DNA of 64,000 nucleotides from Promethearchaeia archaeon (GCA_046483985.1 JAWOCD010000085.1:14653-78652), one strand, 5' to 3'; shown: positions 30,501 through 40,140, counted from the stretch's first letter. Notes: generated by a model from the sequence alone, not told the origin. Numbers and translations are program-made.

Positions 30501-31990
30501 CTGGAGCTGGAGAAAAAAATCATTCTTATTTCATTTTGGATGCTCCTATTGATATTGACCTGGATTTTGTCCCGCAAACAATTAATAGTACCGGGAACAT
30601 CGGTAGGAATTTTGTTGTTCGCGGTTCTTTGAAAGATCCTTCAAACAGTAAATCTGTTAAATATGGGCAAATTTCAGTCCATATGCTTGATGGTAATGAC
30701 GACGTTTCTTTCTATCTCAATCAAGAAGCGGGGGATTTGGCTCTAAATGAGACAGGGGAGATTTATGCCGAATTTAGCGTTAGCGAGAGTACACCTCCAA
30801 AAAATTATACAATAGAGACTCGTTTTAACGGCACCTTTTTGTACACCAATTCTGAAGAAGATTACCAATATGATTATTTCTTGCCCGAATGGAGCAATTT
30901 CTCGGCGGCGAACGAAAGTGAAAATGAACTAGAAGTAATTAACCCTGAAGAATTATCTATTACATTTAAAATCGGAGGAGAACATACAAGACCAACCTAT
31001 GATAATAGTAATCCACCTGCAACATATCAAAAAGGAGAGAATGCCACCTTTGAGGTCTGGGTCAATCATACGACAACGGATGAAGGAACTGTCCGGCTTA
31101 TGGACAATTACACCGGAACTGAATTGGATTCTGCCGAAGTTAATATAACTGAGGGGGGATATCATGAATTTAGTATAAATACCACCGATTTGCACGCTGG
31201 ATTACATAGAATAATTGTTACTTATGAGGATTTCAACACGATTAATGATACATATATAGTAATAAACGAGAGTGTAGATATCTCCAGTGAACTAAGTGTG
31301 GAAAAAGTAAGGAGAAATCAAAATGGATTTTCGGTAGAGGGAAATGTCACCGATGAGGGTGAACCCTTAAGAGCCTTAAATCTTAGCATTAATTTCTATG
31401 ATTCCTCAATGCAAGATGCTTCGGATTATTTCAATTTAGAAGGATCTTCGTCCATAATAGTTCAAGAAGATGGGACATATTGTTTTAATATCAGCTACGT
31501 GGATCTGGAGGCTCCTCAAGGGCAGTATTATGTGCAGATTAATTTCACGGGCGATATAATTGAATTACCGGATGTTCATCTCACCGATTATATGGTCCAT
31601 AGCAACAGTAGTTGTATGACCTTGAATGTAACGGCGGGTACTACTATTACCGAAGGAGATTCTTATACTTTAAATGAAAAAGAAGAAAAATGGTATAATG
31701 ATGATATTCTATACGTTACCGGTAATTTAACGTGGGATAACGGAAGCGCAATGGAAGGGTATAATGTGAATGTGACCATAGAGGATGAAAACGGAAACGT
31801 TATAGCATTCAATGATACGGTGACCGTCGATTCCAGCGGCTTTTTCAACGGCTCGCTTACTGTTGACTCGAATTGGCCAACCTATCAAGAAGATACAAGT
31901 ATTAAGGTCGAGTTTAATCCCTTTGATGAGCATAATTTTGACATGACAGATGGTTATTATGTTGAAGGTTCTAGTCAAGAATATACTTAA
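27521..31990 (+). CDS. Large membrane-anchored surface protein: inactive transglutaminase-like domain plus tandem Ig-like repeats
   Basis: N-terminal TM, LWRYECFEEYNGTSW, GLWSHFASA..R..G...RYVNGF / YNWAEIY / WVEMD; repeated beta-rich modules (GPH, FNGT); many N-x-S/T sequons. Confidence 0.85.
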   Translation: MSLERELLEPQINKKRAAAVFLIAILLIAFFSLSTVLFNFLLGSQRINPNEKLDDADFEDVTLNMPDIPFDLEDLIDALDPEDLEDLDLTEEDIDELFQEMYDGDIDNMDLSTMGAAMAALLGSDEEVFRIFDYDNFDNLSDKLWRYECFEEYNGTSWKSSASKQIFDFYSYGDLEGSEDILRLKRAMNPSSDQNSFVAPALFPNPNIMEGSVSGDTLDESSATLYKDDYNCTTMDATFTSDQETNMSYELFGTPQPSPEDLNSSQVDESFTPSAIRDLYLQLPPSISTYRANHDDFDRHCDNLEVIIKEDDGAYTVANKIRNYLQANFTDPYSGGAEIYTDDGPAEGEDEIEWFCEKEGGLWSHFASAFTAFTRVFGVSSRYVNGFNSRALDEVSDPQEGEDAAVVRYKNLYNWAEIYVPTDTSGNGRWVEMDINFETFGSGGMTAPEGEYNITLTSNVTGPINRGNIAELNASLSSDTGDVEDKEIKFYDHNNPETPLGSAITNANGNATLLVDINDTQVVGPHNIYATYYTSYSNPITYLINDDIVVHLSRVNPQEVNRSDSNPDETTIKGNVYDPANNEGVRDADIEYVLLEKGTNNKYNSAFTPNCSQTNSTGDFEDTISVNAPPAAPYGTFDIRVDFNGTWNDGLYVSELMENSSNRIEFNHTSTHSVNFYINNTDSTNYENPTVNRTDSLHLKAKVVASDGSTIPDKDVQFINADNNSTLFTNTTNADGLATYTFDLNSSVLAGPNLLCAQVGYVTNYSYFVLEEKPTIHINSGPTPREINRTGSGIKEFSIPGSINDTNGNPIPYAEIGLRIFRNSTDFSEYLSPPDPPKVNSDGKFNFTYGVSENIPYGNYTLRMDFNGTVDRSDDSDYPHYFELSEMDNSTILTDELKVEAPDEFTMDFFIDGYSNDDFYSPNITRNDEVNLSVEIQWGMDLAKDGDIVTFRDHTQDLVIAEKELSNGQASVSYEMNDTIVAGPHLISASYDRAGAGEKNHSYFILDAPIDIDLDFVPQTINSTGNIGRNFVVRGSLKDPSNSKSVKYGQISVHMLDGNDDVSFYLNQEAGDLALNETGEIYAEFSVSESTPPKNYTIETRFNGTFLYTNSEEDYQYDYFLPEWSNFSAANESENELEVINPEELSITFKIGGEHTRPTYDNSNPPATYQKGENATFEVWVNHTTTDEGTVRLMDNYTGTELDSAEVNITEGGYHEFSINTTDLHAGLHRIIVTYEDFNTINDTYIVINESVDISSELSVEKVRRNQNGFSVEGNVTDEGEPLRALNLSINFYDSSMQDASDYFNLEGSSSIIVQEDGTYCFNISYVDLEAPQGQYYVQINFTGDIIELPDVHLTDYMVHSNSSCMTLNVTAGTTITEGDSYTLNEKEEKWYNDDILYVTGNLTWDNGSAMEGYNVNVTIEDENGNVIAFNDTVTVDSSGFFNGSLTVDSNWPTYQEDTSIKVEFNPFDEHNFDMTDGYYVEGSSQEYT

Positions 31991-32014
31991 TATAATCAAG
32001 AAGGTCAAATGTAA

Positions 32015-33646
32015 ATGGTGGGATTGAAAAGAAAAAAGAGCAGAAATAAACCCCGCATAAAAATATTAATTATCCTTTCCCTTTTCATTTTGATAATCTT
32101 TTTAAGGGGAAGGGACAATTTACCAGATATCAGCGATTATTCAAGTATGCAAGATATCAAAGATAGGGACCGTTCTCAAGATTTGAAGCTTTCTTCTATT
32201 GAAGCTAATTTAACTTTAACAAATGCGGAAATGATTAATAATTCAAGGTTTTCTCATTATCAAAACATTCCAATCAATGGAAATCTTATTCATGCTATAT
32301 CTGGTGATCCATATCCGAATTATAGTGTTTCTGTTAAAGTTAATGGTGAATTATTTCCTCGCTATAATGCCACAACAGACGAGGACGGTAATTTTACCAT
32401 CAATTATAATATCTCAGATTCACTTAATATTTATACTTCTCATAAAATCGAGGCCGAAGTTCTTAATGATACGGAAAGTGATATAGATTATCTCAATCAT
32501 TATATTATCTTTTTAAATACGACTTCTGAATTTGATATAGATGAGGGTGATTGGTCAGATACCGATATTCCTTATCTGACCGGAGAGCCTTTTAACACAA
32601 ACGGATATTTAAGATATGTTAATGGGACGGGAATTGCAGGGGGGATAGTAAATTTTTATTGGTATCATGATGGAGAAGTGCTTGATTCTGGAACGACATC
32701 AACTAATAATAATGGGGAGATAAATTCCTTGCCAATCCCAGAAACTGAATTGGAAGAACTATCATTAAAATTAAACTTCTCCGATTTCCCTTATGTGAAT
32801 TATTCGGAATGGATTCTTCCAGAAACAATTGAAGTTTTTTCCAATATTTCGTGTCAGTGGGATGTAGAAAGCACCTCTACGGAATTTGAGGATTTTACCA
32901 TTCAAGGTACCCTTGTATCGTCAGCCAATAGTAGCTTTTTTATTAATGATCGCCAGATTGCACTTTTATATAATGGAGAACTGGTTGGCCAGGTGAGCAC
33001 TAATAGTGATGGTTCGTTTTCCTATACATATAATATCCCTGAAGGAACGGGAGCCAATAATTTACAAATAAGATTGATTAATGATGCGGGAAAAATTGAA
33101 ACGTCTAATAGTTACACTATTGAGGTGTATGAAGGAGAAGAGGAAGCAGTCGTTCCACCCGACGATACAGAAGATGATACGCCAGCCCCGTTTGTAAACT
33201 TTTTTATTTATTTTATTCCGATTGTAGCGGGGATTATTGTAGCCTTAACACTACTGGGGTATAAATACCTACGACAACAAGAGGAGGCTTCAAGAACGGT
33301 CAAAGTACCTTTGGGAGACAAATTACTTAATTTAAAAATGCTGAAAGAGTCAGGAAGATTAGAAGAAGCATTATCTTATCTTTTTAATGCGATATATATG
33401 GATTTAATTAACGCAAAATTTGGTCGCAGCAAAAAAGCGTCTGAGACCATCAGGGATATTGCGATTGTGTCGGTAAAAGATCTAAAACTTCCGCCGGAAA
33501 AAATATATCCCTTCATCACGAAGATCGAAGAAGTTATTTATGCTCGGCCACATAAAATAACCGAAGAGGATTTTAAAAAGGCGCTTGCGCTATTTTCACC
33601 GGTCTACTATGAATTGACGAGTCAAAAATTTAATTTAAAAATTTAA
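32015..33646 (+). CDS. Ig-like repeat surface protein with C-terminal TM and cytoplasmic DUF4129-like domain
   Basis: Basic-hydrophobic N-terminus, three TxxxG-type beta modules (TTDEDGNF, TNNNGEI, TNSDGSF), TM (FFIYFIPIVAGIIVALTLLG), SETIRD...IEEVIYA. Confidence 0.8.
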   Translation: MVGLKRKKSRNKPRIKILIILSLFILIIFLRGRDNLPDISDYSSMQDIKDRDRSQDLKLSSIEANLTLTNAEMINNSRFSHYQNIPINGNLIHAISGDPYPNYSVSVKVNGELFPRYNATTDEDGNFTINYNISDSLNIYTSHKIEAEVLNDTESDIDYLNHYIIFLNTTSEFDIDEGDWSDTDIPYLTGEPFNTNGYLRYVNGTGIAGGIVNFYWYHDGEVLDSGTTSTNNNGEINSLPIPETELEELSLKLNFSDFPYVNYSEWILPETIEVFSNISCQWDVESTSTEFEDFTIQGTLVSSANSSFFINDRQIALLYNGELVGQVSTNSDGSFSYTYNIPEGTGANNLQIRLINDAGKIETSNSYTIEVYEGEEEAVVPPDDTEDDTPAPFVNFFIYFIPIVAGIIVALTLLGYKYLRQQEEASRTVKVPLGDKLLNLKMLKESGRLEEALSYLFNAIYMDLINAKFGRSKKASETIRDIAIVSVKDLKLPPEKIYPFITKIEEVIYARPHKITEEDFKKALALFSPVYYELTSQKFNLKI

Positions 33647-33750
33647 CCGTTTCACCAGACAAGTTATAAAAAAAATGTGTGAATTAAAAAATCAAAATTT
33701 AAATCAAAAAACCATTATAAATTATATATATTGAAAATAAAACATCTTAG

Positions 33751-34131
33751 GTGGGAAAAATAGGATTATTCTCAAAAGAGGAACAAAAAAAGTTTGATAT
33801 CGAGGATAAATTCGAGAATGTTCAAATTTTAGTCGATAGCGACAGATCGAAGGAGGCGATCGCATATATTTATTTAATTTACAATGATCTCATGAAACAT
33901 GAATACGATAAACCACGACTTGCCCATCAAACTATTCGGGAATATGCGATAAAATGTGTTAATGACCTAGATCAAAATCCTGGCTCCGTATATACTTTTA
34001 TTAAAAAGATTGAAGATATTATTTATGGGGGCGTTGAGCCAACCATTCCAGAAATAAATAAGACGATAAATCTCTTTTCGTCCTTATACCAAGAAATCAC
34101 CAATAAGAGTTTCTCTTATAATATTAAATAA
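33751..34131 (+). CDS. Stand-alone DUF4129-like protein (paralog of the preceding gene's C-terminal domain)
   Basis: EAIAYIYLIYNDL / QTIREYAI / FIKKIEDIIYG align with EALSYLFNAIYMDL / ETIRDIAI / FITKIEEVIYA. Confidence 0.8.
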   Translation: MGKIGLFSKEEQKKFDIEDKFENVQILVDSDRSKEAIAYIYLIYNDLMKHEYDKPRLAHQTIREYAIKCVNDLDQNPGSVYTFIKKIEDIIYGGVEPTIPEINKTINLFSSLYQEITNKSFSYNIK

Positions 34132-34194
34132 TCTTTTCATTATAATTAAAAAAGAAATTATAAAATTTAATCAAAACTGACTTTTGAGTGAACG

Positions 34195-35943
34195 ATGGCT
34201 ATATTTAGTGGAAAACCTTCAGAAAAGAGTATTAATATTTCAAAGGGTATATTATATGGGTTCTTTACCTTTTTTCTTGTCTTTTACGGGGTTATTCTTA
34301 CCGTTTTCATTCAAGAGTTTGGAAGACAACATCCGGGAATTTTTCCCTATTTTGTGAACTATTTCCCGCTTGTATGCTATATCGCCGCTATTTTCATGGG
34401 TCTCCGCTTTTTAATTTTTATTCGAAACAAAAGGACCAGGAAGGTCAGAGAAAAGCGTTCTCGAAAAAAACTCAAAAAGGGGTCTGTCTATCGAAAGGCG
34501 TTATTTTTAATTATTTTTATCTTTTCCTTTGTACCTCTCTTATCTCCGGTAATTGATCAAGGCAAGAACGACCATAATTTTTCTGCTTATAACGAGGGTT
34601 GGAACGGCGGTTCAGATTTTAAAGCCTTGGTAGAAGATGAGGGATATGAGACCTATAATGTTCAATCGAGTCTGAGTGCCACTCAACGTCTCAATAAATC
34701 AATGCTGTTAGTCTTATTTGGTCCCAATCAATTTTATAATCCAATCTATGAGATTCCGTTTTTTATAAATTTTTTCGAAAATAATAATTCGCTCTTGCTC
34801 TTACACGATTTCGGGTCCACTAGTGCGCTGTTGTGGGAAATTTTTGCCGCAAACTTGGCAGATCCGAACGTAAAAGATAAAACTCCTGTAACTATCTTTC
34901 CAGATGGGGTTCTACGAGACAATGAATCATGTTTAGTGAACGAGGAAGGAAAAAAAGATCCCCAATTCCCGGTCGTAACGAACTTTCAATCGCATCCTAC
35001 AACTGAGGGGGTGAATAATGTTCTTCTTGCTCGAGCATCCGCTGCCTTGGGGGGACCTTTTCTTGAGTACTTCGGCTGGAATCCGATTGCTTATACCAGC
35101 ATGTATAGTTTTATTGATAAAAATGAAGATGGAGTATATAACATAGAAGACGATAATATTGATCTAAGTTTCATTGATAATGTGATAGGGGAAGACTTTC
35201 CATTAGATCTGAGTAAATTCCCTCTGGGGGGGTATCCGCAAACTCCGTTTATGAGTAAACAAGCGGATAACGTAAGACTTTTTGTCTCGGGGGATGCGAG
35301 TCTTTTCAATAATGATCTTTTGAACCGAGAAGAATTTGACAATGCACGGTTTGCTCGGAATATAATAAATTGGTTAACCTATGAAAATGGAGAGGATTGG
35401 ATAGTTGTATTTGATGAAGCACATATTAGGCCTGAATATTCCCGAGATTTGAGTTCTGCCGGCATTTTTGGGTTTATTATTCAATATGTGGTGCATTTAT
35501 CTACTAATCCGATTACGGCATGGATTTATCCGCTGCTGGCCATTTATCTTTTACGAAAGTATCTTCCTAAAAAAAAGGAGAAGGAAAGGGAAGAAAAGGA
35601 GAAACAAGAAGAAGAGAAGAGAAAATTTAGGACATCCTCCTTTTTTGCACGTAAAATTAAATGGTATCGTTCAAACCAAAAATTCGATAAAGCTCTCTTG
35701 CTTTTATACAGGCGTTTAGAGCGAAAACTTAATGCCCAATTGGGAGGGAAAAATATCACCACTGAAAATGTGATTAACATGGTTTCTGCAAAGGTTCCAA
35801 ATATATCAAAACAGAAGTTGAAACGAATTGGTAAATTTATGAATAAAATATTAGCAATAAAGAAAAACGAACTGGATGTTCAAGACCAGAAGGATTTTGA
35901 GAATTTATTCTTCGAAATGGAATGGGTTATGGAAAACATCTAA
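34195..35943 (+). CDS. DUF4350-like (GldG/GIFT-like) membrane protein
   Basis: 3 N-terminal TMs, FSAYNEGWNGGSDF, SGDASLFNN, DNARFARNIINWL, VVFDEAH, TM, cytoplasmic helical tail. Confidence 0.8.
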   Translation: MAIFSGKPSEKSINISKGILYGFFTFFLVFYGVILTVFIQEFGRQHPGIFPYFVNYFPLVCYIAAIFMGLRFLIFIRNKRTRKVREKRSRKKLKKGSVYRKALFLIIFIFSFVPLLSPVIDQGKNDHNFSAYNEGWNGGSDFKALVEDEGYETYNVQSSLSATQRLNKSMLLVLFGPNQFYNPIYEIPFFINFFENNNSLLLLHDFGSTSALLWEIFAANLADPNVKDKTPVTIFPDGVLRDNESCLVNEEGKKDPQFPVVTNFQSHPTTEGVNNVLLARASAALGGPFLEYFGWNPIAYTSMYSFIDKNEDGVYNIEDDNIDLSFIDNVIGEDFPLDLSKFPLGGYPQTPFMSKQADNVRLFVSGDASLFNNDLLNREEFDNARFARNIINWLTYENGEDWIVVFDEAHIRPEYSRDLSSAGIFGFIIQYVVHLSTNPITAWIYPLLAIYLLRKYLPKKKEKEREEKEKQEEEKRKFRTSSFFARKIKWYRSNQKFDKALLLLYRRLERKLNAQLGGKNITTENVINMVSAKVPNISKQKLKRIGKFMNKILAIKKNELDVQDQKDFENLFFEMEWVMENI

Positions 35944-36102
35944 GGTTTTCTAAAATTTCTTTTTCTTTTTTATTTTTACTTCTAAAAGTATAAACTAATC
36001 TCTCTTTTTTTTTAGCCACATAGATTTATAACGCAAAATTACCAAATAGACCAAGTTGATTGATTATGAACAATATCAAAAATGGGAGGAATAAAAAAAT
36101 AT

Positions 36103-37080
36103 TTAAATCGGAACAGGAATTTCCTCTAAGATACTATTAATTACTCCCTTAACATCTAAACCCTCTAATTCCGCTTCGGGTTTTAGTAAAATACGATGAT
36201 TTAAGGCGGGGATTGTTAAGGCTCGTACATCATCAGGGGTTACATAATTCCTGCCAAGAATCGCTGCGCGCGCTTTTGAACATTTCATTAACACAAGCGA
36301 TGCTCTTGGGCCTGCTCCCATATAAATCTGCGGATGATTTCGAGTCTTTAATGAGATGTCCCGGATATATTTAAGAATTCGTTGGTCAATATAGACTAAA
36401 TTCATAAGATCTTGAGCTGCCAACAGCTCTTCAGCATCAGTTACTGGTTCAATTGAAGGTAAATGACCGCTGAGTTGCCTTGACATGATTTCAACCTCTT
36501 CATCTTGTTCTGGATAGTCTAACCAAAGCTTGAAAAGAAATCGGTCAACTTGTGCTTCGGGGAGGGGGTATGTCCCTTCCATTTCCACGGGGTTCTCAGT
36601 TGCTACCACTAGAAAAGGTTTTTCTAGTTCTAATGTTTTCCCTTCAATGGTTACTTGTCGTTCTGCCATCGCTTCGAGAAGTGCAGCTTGCGTTTTAGGG
36701 GCGCTCCGATTAATTTCATCCGCTAAGACTAAATTAGCAAACACTGGCCCCTTTTGAAGAACAAAACCTCCCTCATTTTGATCAAAGATTTTTGTACCAG
36801 TAATATCGGCCGGTAAGAGATCGGGGGTAAATTGAATTCTGGAAAATGAGATTCCAAGCGTTTTAGCAAAAGTTTTTGCCATCACCGTTTTACCGAGTCC
36901 AGGGACTCCTTCCAGTAACACATGACCATTAACTAAAAGGGCAATAAATAATTGCTGCAAGATTTCCCCATTTCCAACAATAACTCGGCTAACTTCACTT
37001 AAAACTTCTTGAGCAATTTCACGAATCGGTGAAACATCTAATTCCTCTTGTTGTTCATAATATTGGGCTTTTTCAGCCAT
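36103..37080 (-). CDS. moxR: MoxR family AAA+ ATPase
   Basis: GHVLLEGVPGLGKT, RIQFTPDLLPADITG, LADEINR, ATENPVEMEGTYPLPEAQVDRF. Confidence 0.96.
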   Translation of the reverse strand: MAEKAQYYEQQEELDVSPIREIAQEVLSEVSRVIVGNGEILQQLFIALLVNGHVLLEGVPGLGKTVMAKTFAKTLGISFSRIQFTPDLLPADITGTKIFDQNEGGFVLQKGPVFANLVLADEINRSAPKTQAALLEAMAERQVTIEGKTLELEKPFLVVATENPVEMEGTYPLPEAQVDRFLFKLWLDYPEQDEEVEIMSRQLSGHLPSIEPVTDAEELLAAQDLMNLVYIDQRILKYIRDISLKTRNHPQIYMGAGPRASLVLMKCSKARAAILGRNYVTPDDVRALTIPALNHRILLKPEAELEGLDVKGVINSILEEIPVPI

Positions 37081-37345
37081 TGAGAATTCACTTCTTTAAA
37101 TCTTTACTTATCAATAAAAGATATTGATTTAATTTATATAATTATAAGATAAATCAATTTTATATTTTTATTTTTTCGCGTTCGATTTCTTCAACAATCT
37201 ATGCGCAATTCATAAAAAGTAAAAATATATAATTTATAATTATTATTATAATTAAAAATAGAATTTCTCACAGTGAGAATAAAAAATATAAACCCATTTT
37301 TTTTAGGAACGGTGAAGTGATATTTTAGGTGGAAAAGGGCGCTTA

Positions 37346-38650
37346 TTGGTCATGTTTTCCATATTCTTTTTATGTGCGGGATTTGCATTTATCAATTATT
37401 TTTTGATCTTCTTTGCCATTTTATTATTATTCAGTACTATTATCAGTTTGCCCGTGTTTTATTATCAAACAAACATTGAAGAACTCAAAGTCCATCGCGA
37501 GCTTGAAAAGAAAAAGATTTTTAAAGACGATTTCGTCCATATTAAAGTAACCATAGAGAATATAGGAAATAGCAGTTTCGATTTTATAGAAATTCGTGAT
37601 CAATTTAATCCAGAATTGTTTCGCCTTGTTTTGGGAGAAAATTTCATATCAACCCGAATTGGAAGAAAGAGCACGATAAAATTTTCTTATGTGCTTGAAC
37701 CGAAAGTGAGAGGAGAATATCCTTTAGGTCCACTCTCTGTAACGGTAAAAGATCGTTTGGGGTTTAACTCACTTGAGAGAGTTGTACCAGATAGTGTGAC
37801 GGATATTTTGATTTATCCTCCTTATGAAGATATAAAACGGATTGAAATTCTTGGATCAAAACGGTCATTGCAACTGAACTATGGAGCACAACGCTCCAAG
37901 CAGAAAGGTCTCGGAAGCGAGTTTTACGGAATGCGGAAATATGTTTTTGGTGATCAATTTCGCCTAATCGACTGGAAAGCATCTGTACGGACACAAAAAC
38001 TAATTGTCAAAGAATTTGAATCAGAAAGAGATATCACCTGTATGATTTTGGTGGATTCTTCAAACAGTATGGCAGGTGGGGCAATAGATAATACTAAATT
38101 CGAATATGCCATACGTGCATGTATGTTATTAACAAAGGTGGCATTAACAAGAAGAGACCAAGTGGGCGTATTTACCTTTTCAAATAATAAAAATATGAAT
38201 CTTTCTGAGCCGAAGGGAGGAGAAGACCAGTTCTATCAAGTTTTAGATGCAATTGCCAAGGTAAAACCAGAAGGACAGTGTAAATTTAGAGAATCTATGG
38301 ACTATTTCACAAAACGCCACCAAAAACGGAGTTTAATTTTTATTATCTCTGATCTAGAACCAGATGTAAAAGACATCGTGGAGGGAGTCCGAAAACTTAT
38401 TCCCTTTGACCATACCATAATAATGATTAATCCGTTTAGCCCATGGTTTGAGATTCATGAGACGGATTTATCTTCCACGGATAAAGCCCTTGCAGAGGCG
38501 ATCTCCGAGGAGATGATGGAACATGTATTACATATAAAACAAGAGGTACGAAATTTGGGAGTCAGTTTAATTCATGTAGGGCCAGACGATATGATGCAAA
38601 ATACATTAACCAAGTATTTAGAGGCAAAAAAAAAGGGGAGGGCCTTCTGA
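37346..38650 (+). CDS. DUF58 / vWA domain protein with N-terminal TM hairpin
   Basis: RGEYPLGP, GSEFYGMRKYVFGDQFRLIDWKAS, LIVKEFESE, MIDAS DSSNS, IISD. Confidence 0.92.
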   Translation: MVMFSIFFLCAGFAFINYFLIFFAILLLFSTIISLPVFYYQTNIEELKVHRELEKKKIFKDDFVHIKVTIENIGNSSFDFIEIRDQFNPELFRLVLGENFISTRIGRKSTIKFSYVLEPKVRGEYPLGPLSVTVKDRLGFNSLERVVPDSVTDILIYPPYEDIKRIEILGSKRSLQLNYGAQRSKQKGLGSEFYGMRKYVFGDQFRLIDWKASVRTQKLIVKEFESERDITCMILVDSSNSMAGGAIDNTKFEYAIRACMLLTKVALTRRDQVGVFTFSNNKNMNLSEPKGGEDQFYQVLDAIAKVKPEGQCKFRESMDYFTKRHQKRSLIFIISDLEPDVKDIVEGVRKLIPFDHTIIMINPFSPWFEIHETDLSSTDKALAEAISEEMMEHVLHIKQEVRNLGVSLIHVGPDDMMQNTLTKYLEAKKKGRAF

Positions 38651-38652
38651 TT

Positions 38653-40107
38653 ATGGCGAGATATTATTTAACCGTCTTGAATATTATAAACGCCTTAATT
38701 TTTATTTGGATTATTGTTCTTTTTAATTCTATTTTCAATTTCGATCTAGTCATCACCACCGCTGAAAACGAGTTAGTATTTTGGGATGTACTCATCGCCT
38801 TGCGAAATATTCTTACATATGGGGCATATTTATTTCTCTATATTGTGGCATATTTTACTGCGCTAATTGTAAGCGGAGTATTTAGCTCTTTTGCTTATTT
38901 TGAGACCAATTTTATGTTTAATTTTATCGGTTTCTTCTTTAAATTTTATTTAGAATCGTGGTTTAATTTTCCAGGGGGAGAAACTCCCTCATTGATCAGG
39001 ATTCCCGCATTAATGGCACAAGAAGCATCGGTATTTACTAATAATTTATATTTGCTAATCTTCCAGATTTTATTTGTAATATCTGTATTCTATGCGATTC
39101 GCGCCATTTTTAAAAACGACGTGAAATATAATTTTATAGCAATTGGAAGTTTAGTTCTCATGATTGTTATGCCTTTAATGATTTTTGGATTTCGGGATAT
39201 GTTACGCTTATTTACCTTAAAGGTTCCTTTTCTTGAAAATCTGGAAAATCCAGTAGATCCAAGCCTCACTGAATTACCGCTTAATGATTTCTTTGGATTT
39301 ATATTTAGTTCGATTTTCTTATTTGCCATAATCAGCTATATTTATTTGGAAATGGCTTTTCAGATTAGTTATATTGATACAGTCACCAAACCCAGTCTTG
39401 AGAGAGAAGACCGATTAGAGGCTCAAATTGATCTTCTACGCAAAGAATCTGCTCATATTACAGCTAATGTTGATAAAATACGGGAGGAAGCACAACAAAG
39501 AAAAGAAGAGCTTGGCATTGAAAAAAAAGAATCTGTAAGAGAATTTTTTACCCAGAAAGAAGAAAGGTTTTCCTATGTAAAAGAGATGGTACGGCGTAAA
39601 AAATTGGAGGAAGAAGAGAAAAAATTGGTGACCGCAGCTTCCAAAACTCGCAGATTAGGTAGATATATTGATCGATTATTCCGTGAAGATCCGGAAGCTG
39701 AAGATGCCATCACAGCAAAGTCATCAGCGCCCACTCCCAAGAGTCTTGCATCGTCTACTGGTCTCAATTTTGCATTTCGATTAATTCTATTAATCTTTCT
39801 CAGTTATATTATTATTCATCCTCATTGGTTTTTTAAGGAAGTATTTAATTTACCACCCTCTATTATTGAAAGTGTTTCAATGTATTCTCCCGAGGTTATC
39901 ATTACTTTAATGATACCATTTGTTCTTTTATTTCCGGTAATTTCAAAGGTAATTTCCTATATTAAACATCGTAATCTAATCATTCGTTTGAAACAAGAAG
40001 GAAGAATCAAAGAGATTTTGGCTTCAGTCGGAGACTATGTAAAAAAAATGGAGGAAGGAGAAGAAATAGCTCAAGAAGAAGATCTAGAGGAAGAAAGCGA
40101 AGAATAA
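38653..40107 (+). CDS. Hypothetical polytopic membrane protein with large cytoplasmic charged loop
   Basis: About 7 hydrophobic segments, ~140-aa E/K/R-rich helical loop; starts 2 bp after the DUF58 stop. Confidence 0.8.
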   Translation: MARYYLTVLNIINALIFIWIIVLFNSIFNFDLVITTAENELVFWDVLIALRNILTYGAYLFLYIVAYFTALIVSGVFSSFAYFETNFMFNFIGFFFKFYLESWFNFPGGETPSLIRIPALMAQEASVFTNNLYLLIFQILFVISVFYAIRAIFKNDVKYNFIAIGSLVLMIVMPLMIFGFRDMLRLFTLKVPFLENLENPVDPSLTELPLNDFFGFIFSSIFLFAIISYIYLEMAFQISYIDTVTKPSLEREDRLEAQIDLLRKESAHITANVDKIREEAQQRKEELGIEKKESVREFFTQKEERFSYVKEMVRRKKLEEEEKKLVTAASKTRRLGRYIDRLFREDPEAEDAITAKSSAPTPKSLASSTGLNFAFRLILLIFLSYIIIHPHWFFKEVFNLPPSIIESVSMYSPEVIITLMIPFVLLFPVISKVISYIKHRNLIIRLKQEGRIKEILASVGDYVKKMEEGEEIAQEEDLEEESEE

Positions 40108-40140
40108 TCCATAATTTCTTAACGTCTTAATTTGATGTCG

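Noticed and set aside
27521-31990. Active transglutaminase/protease or toxin call for the 1489-aa protein
   Set aside because: Catalytic Cys and His positions are Trp and Tyr; no toxin domain or immunity gene is evident.
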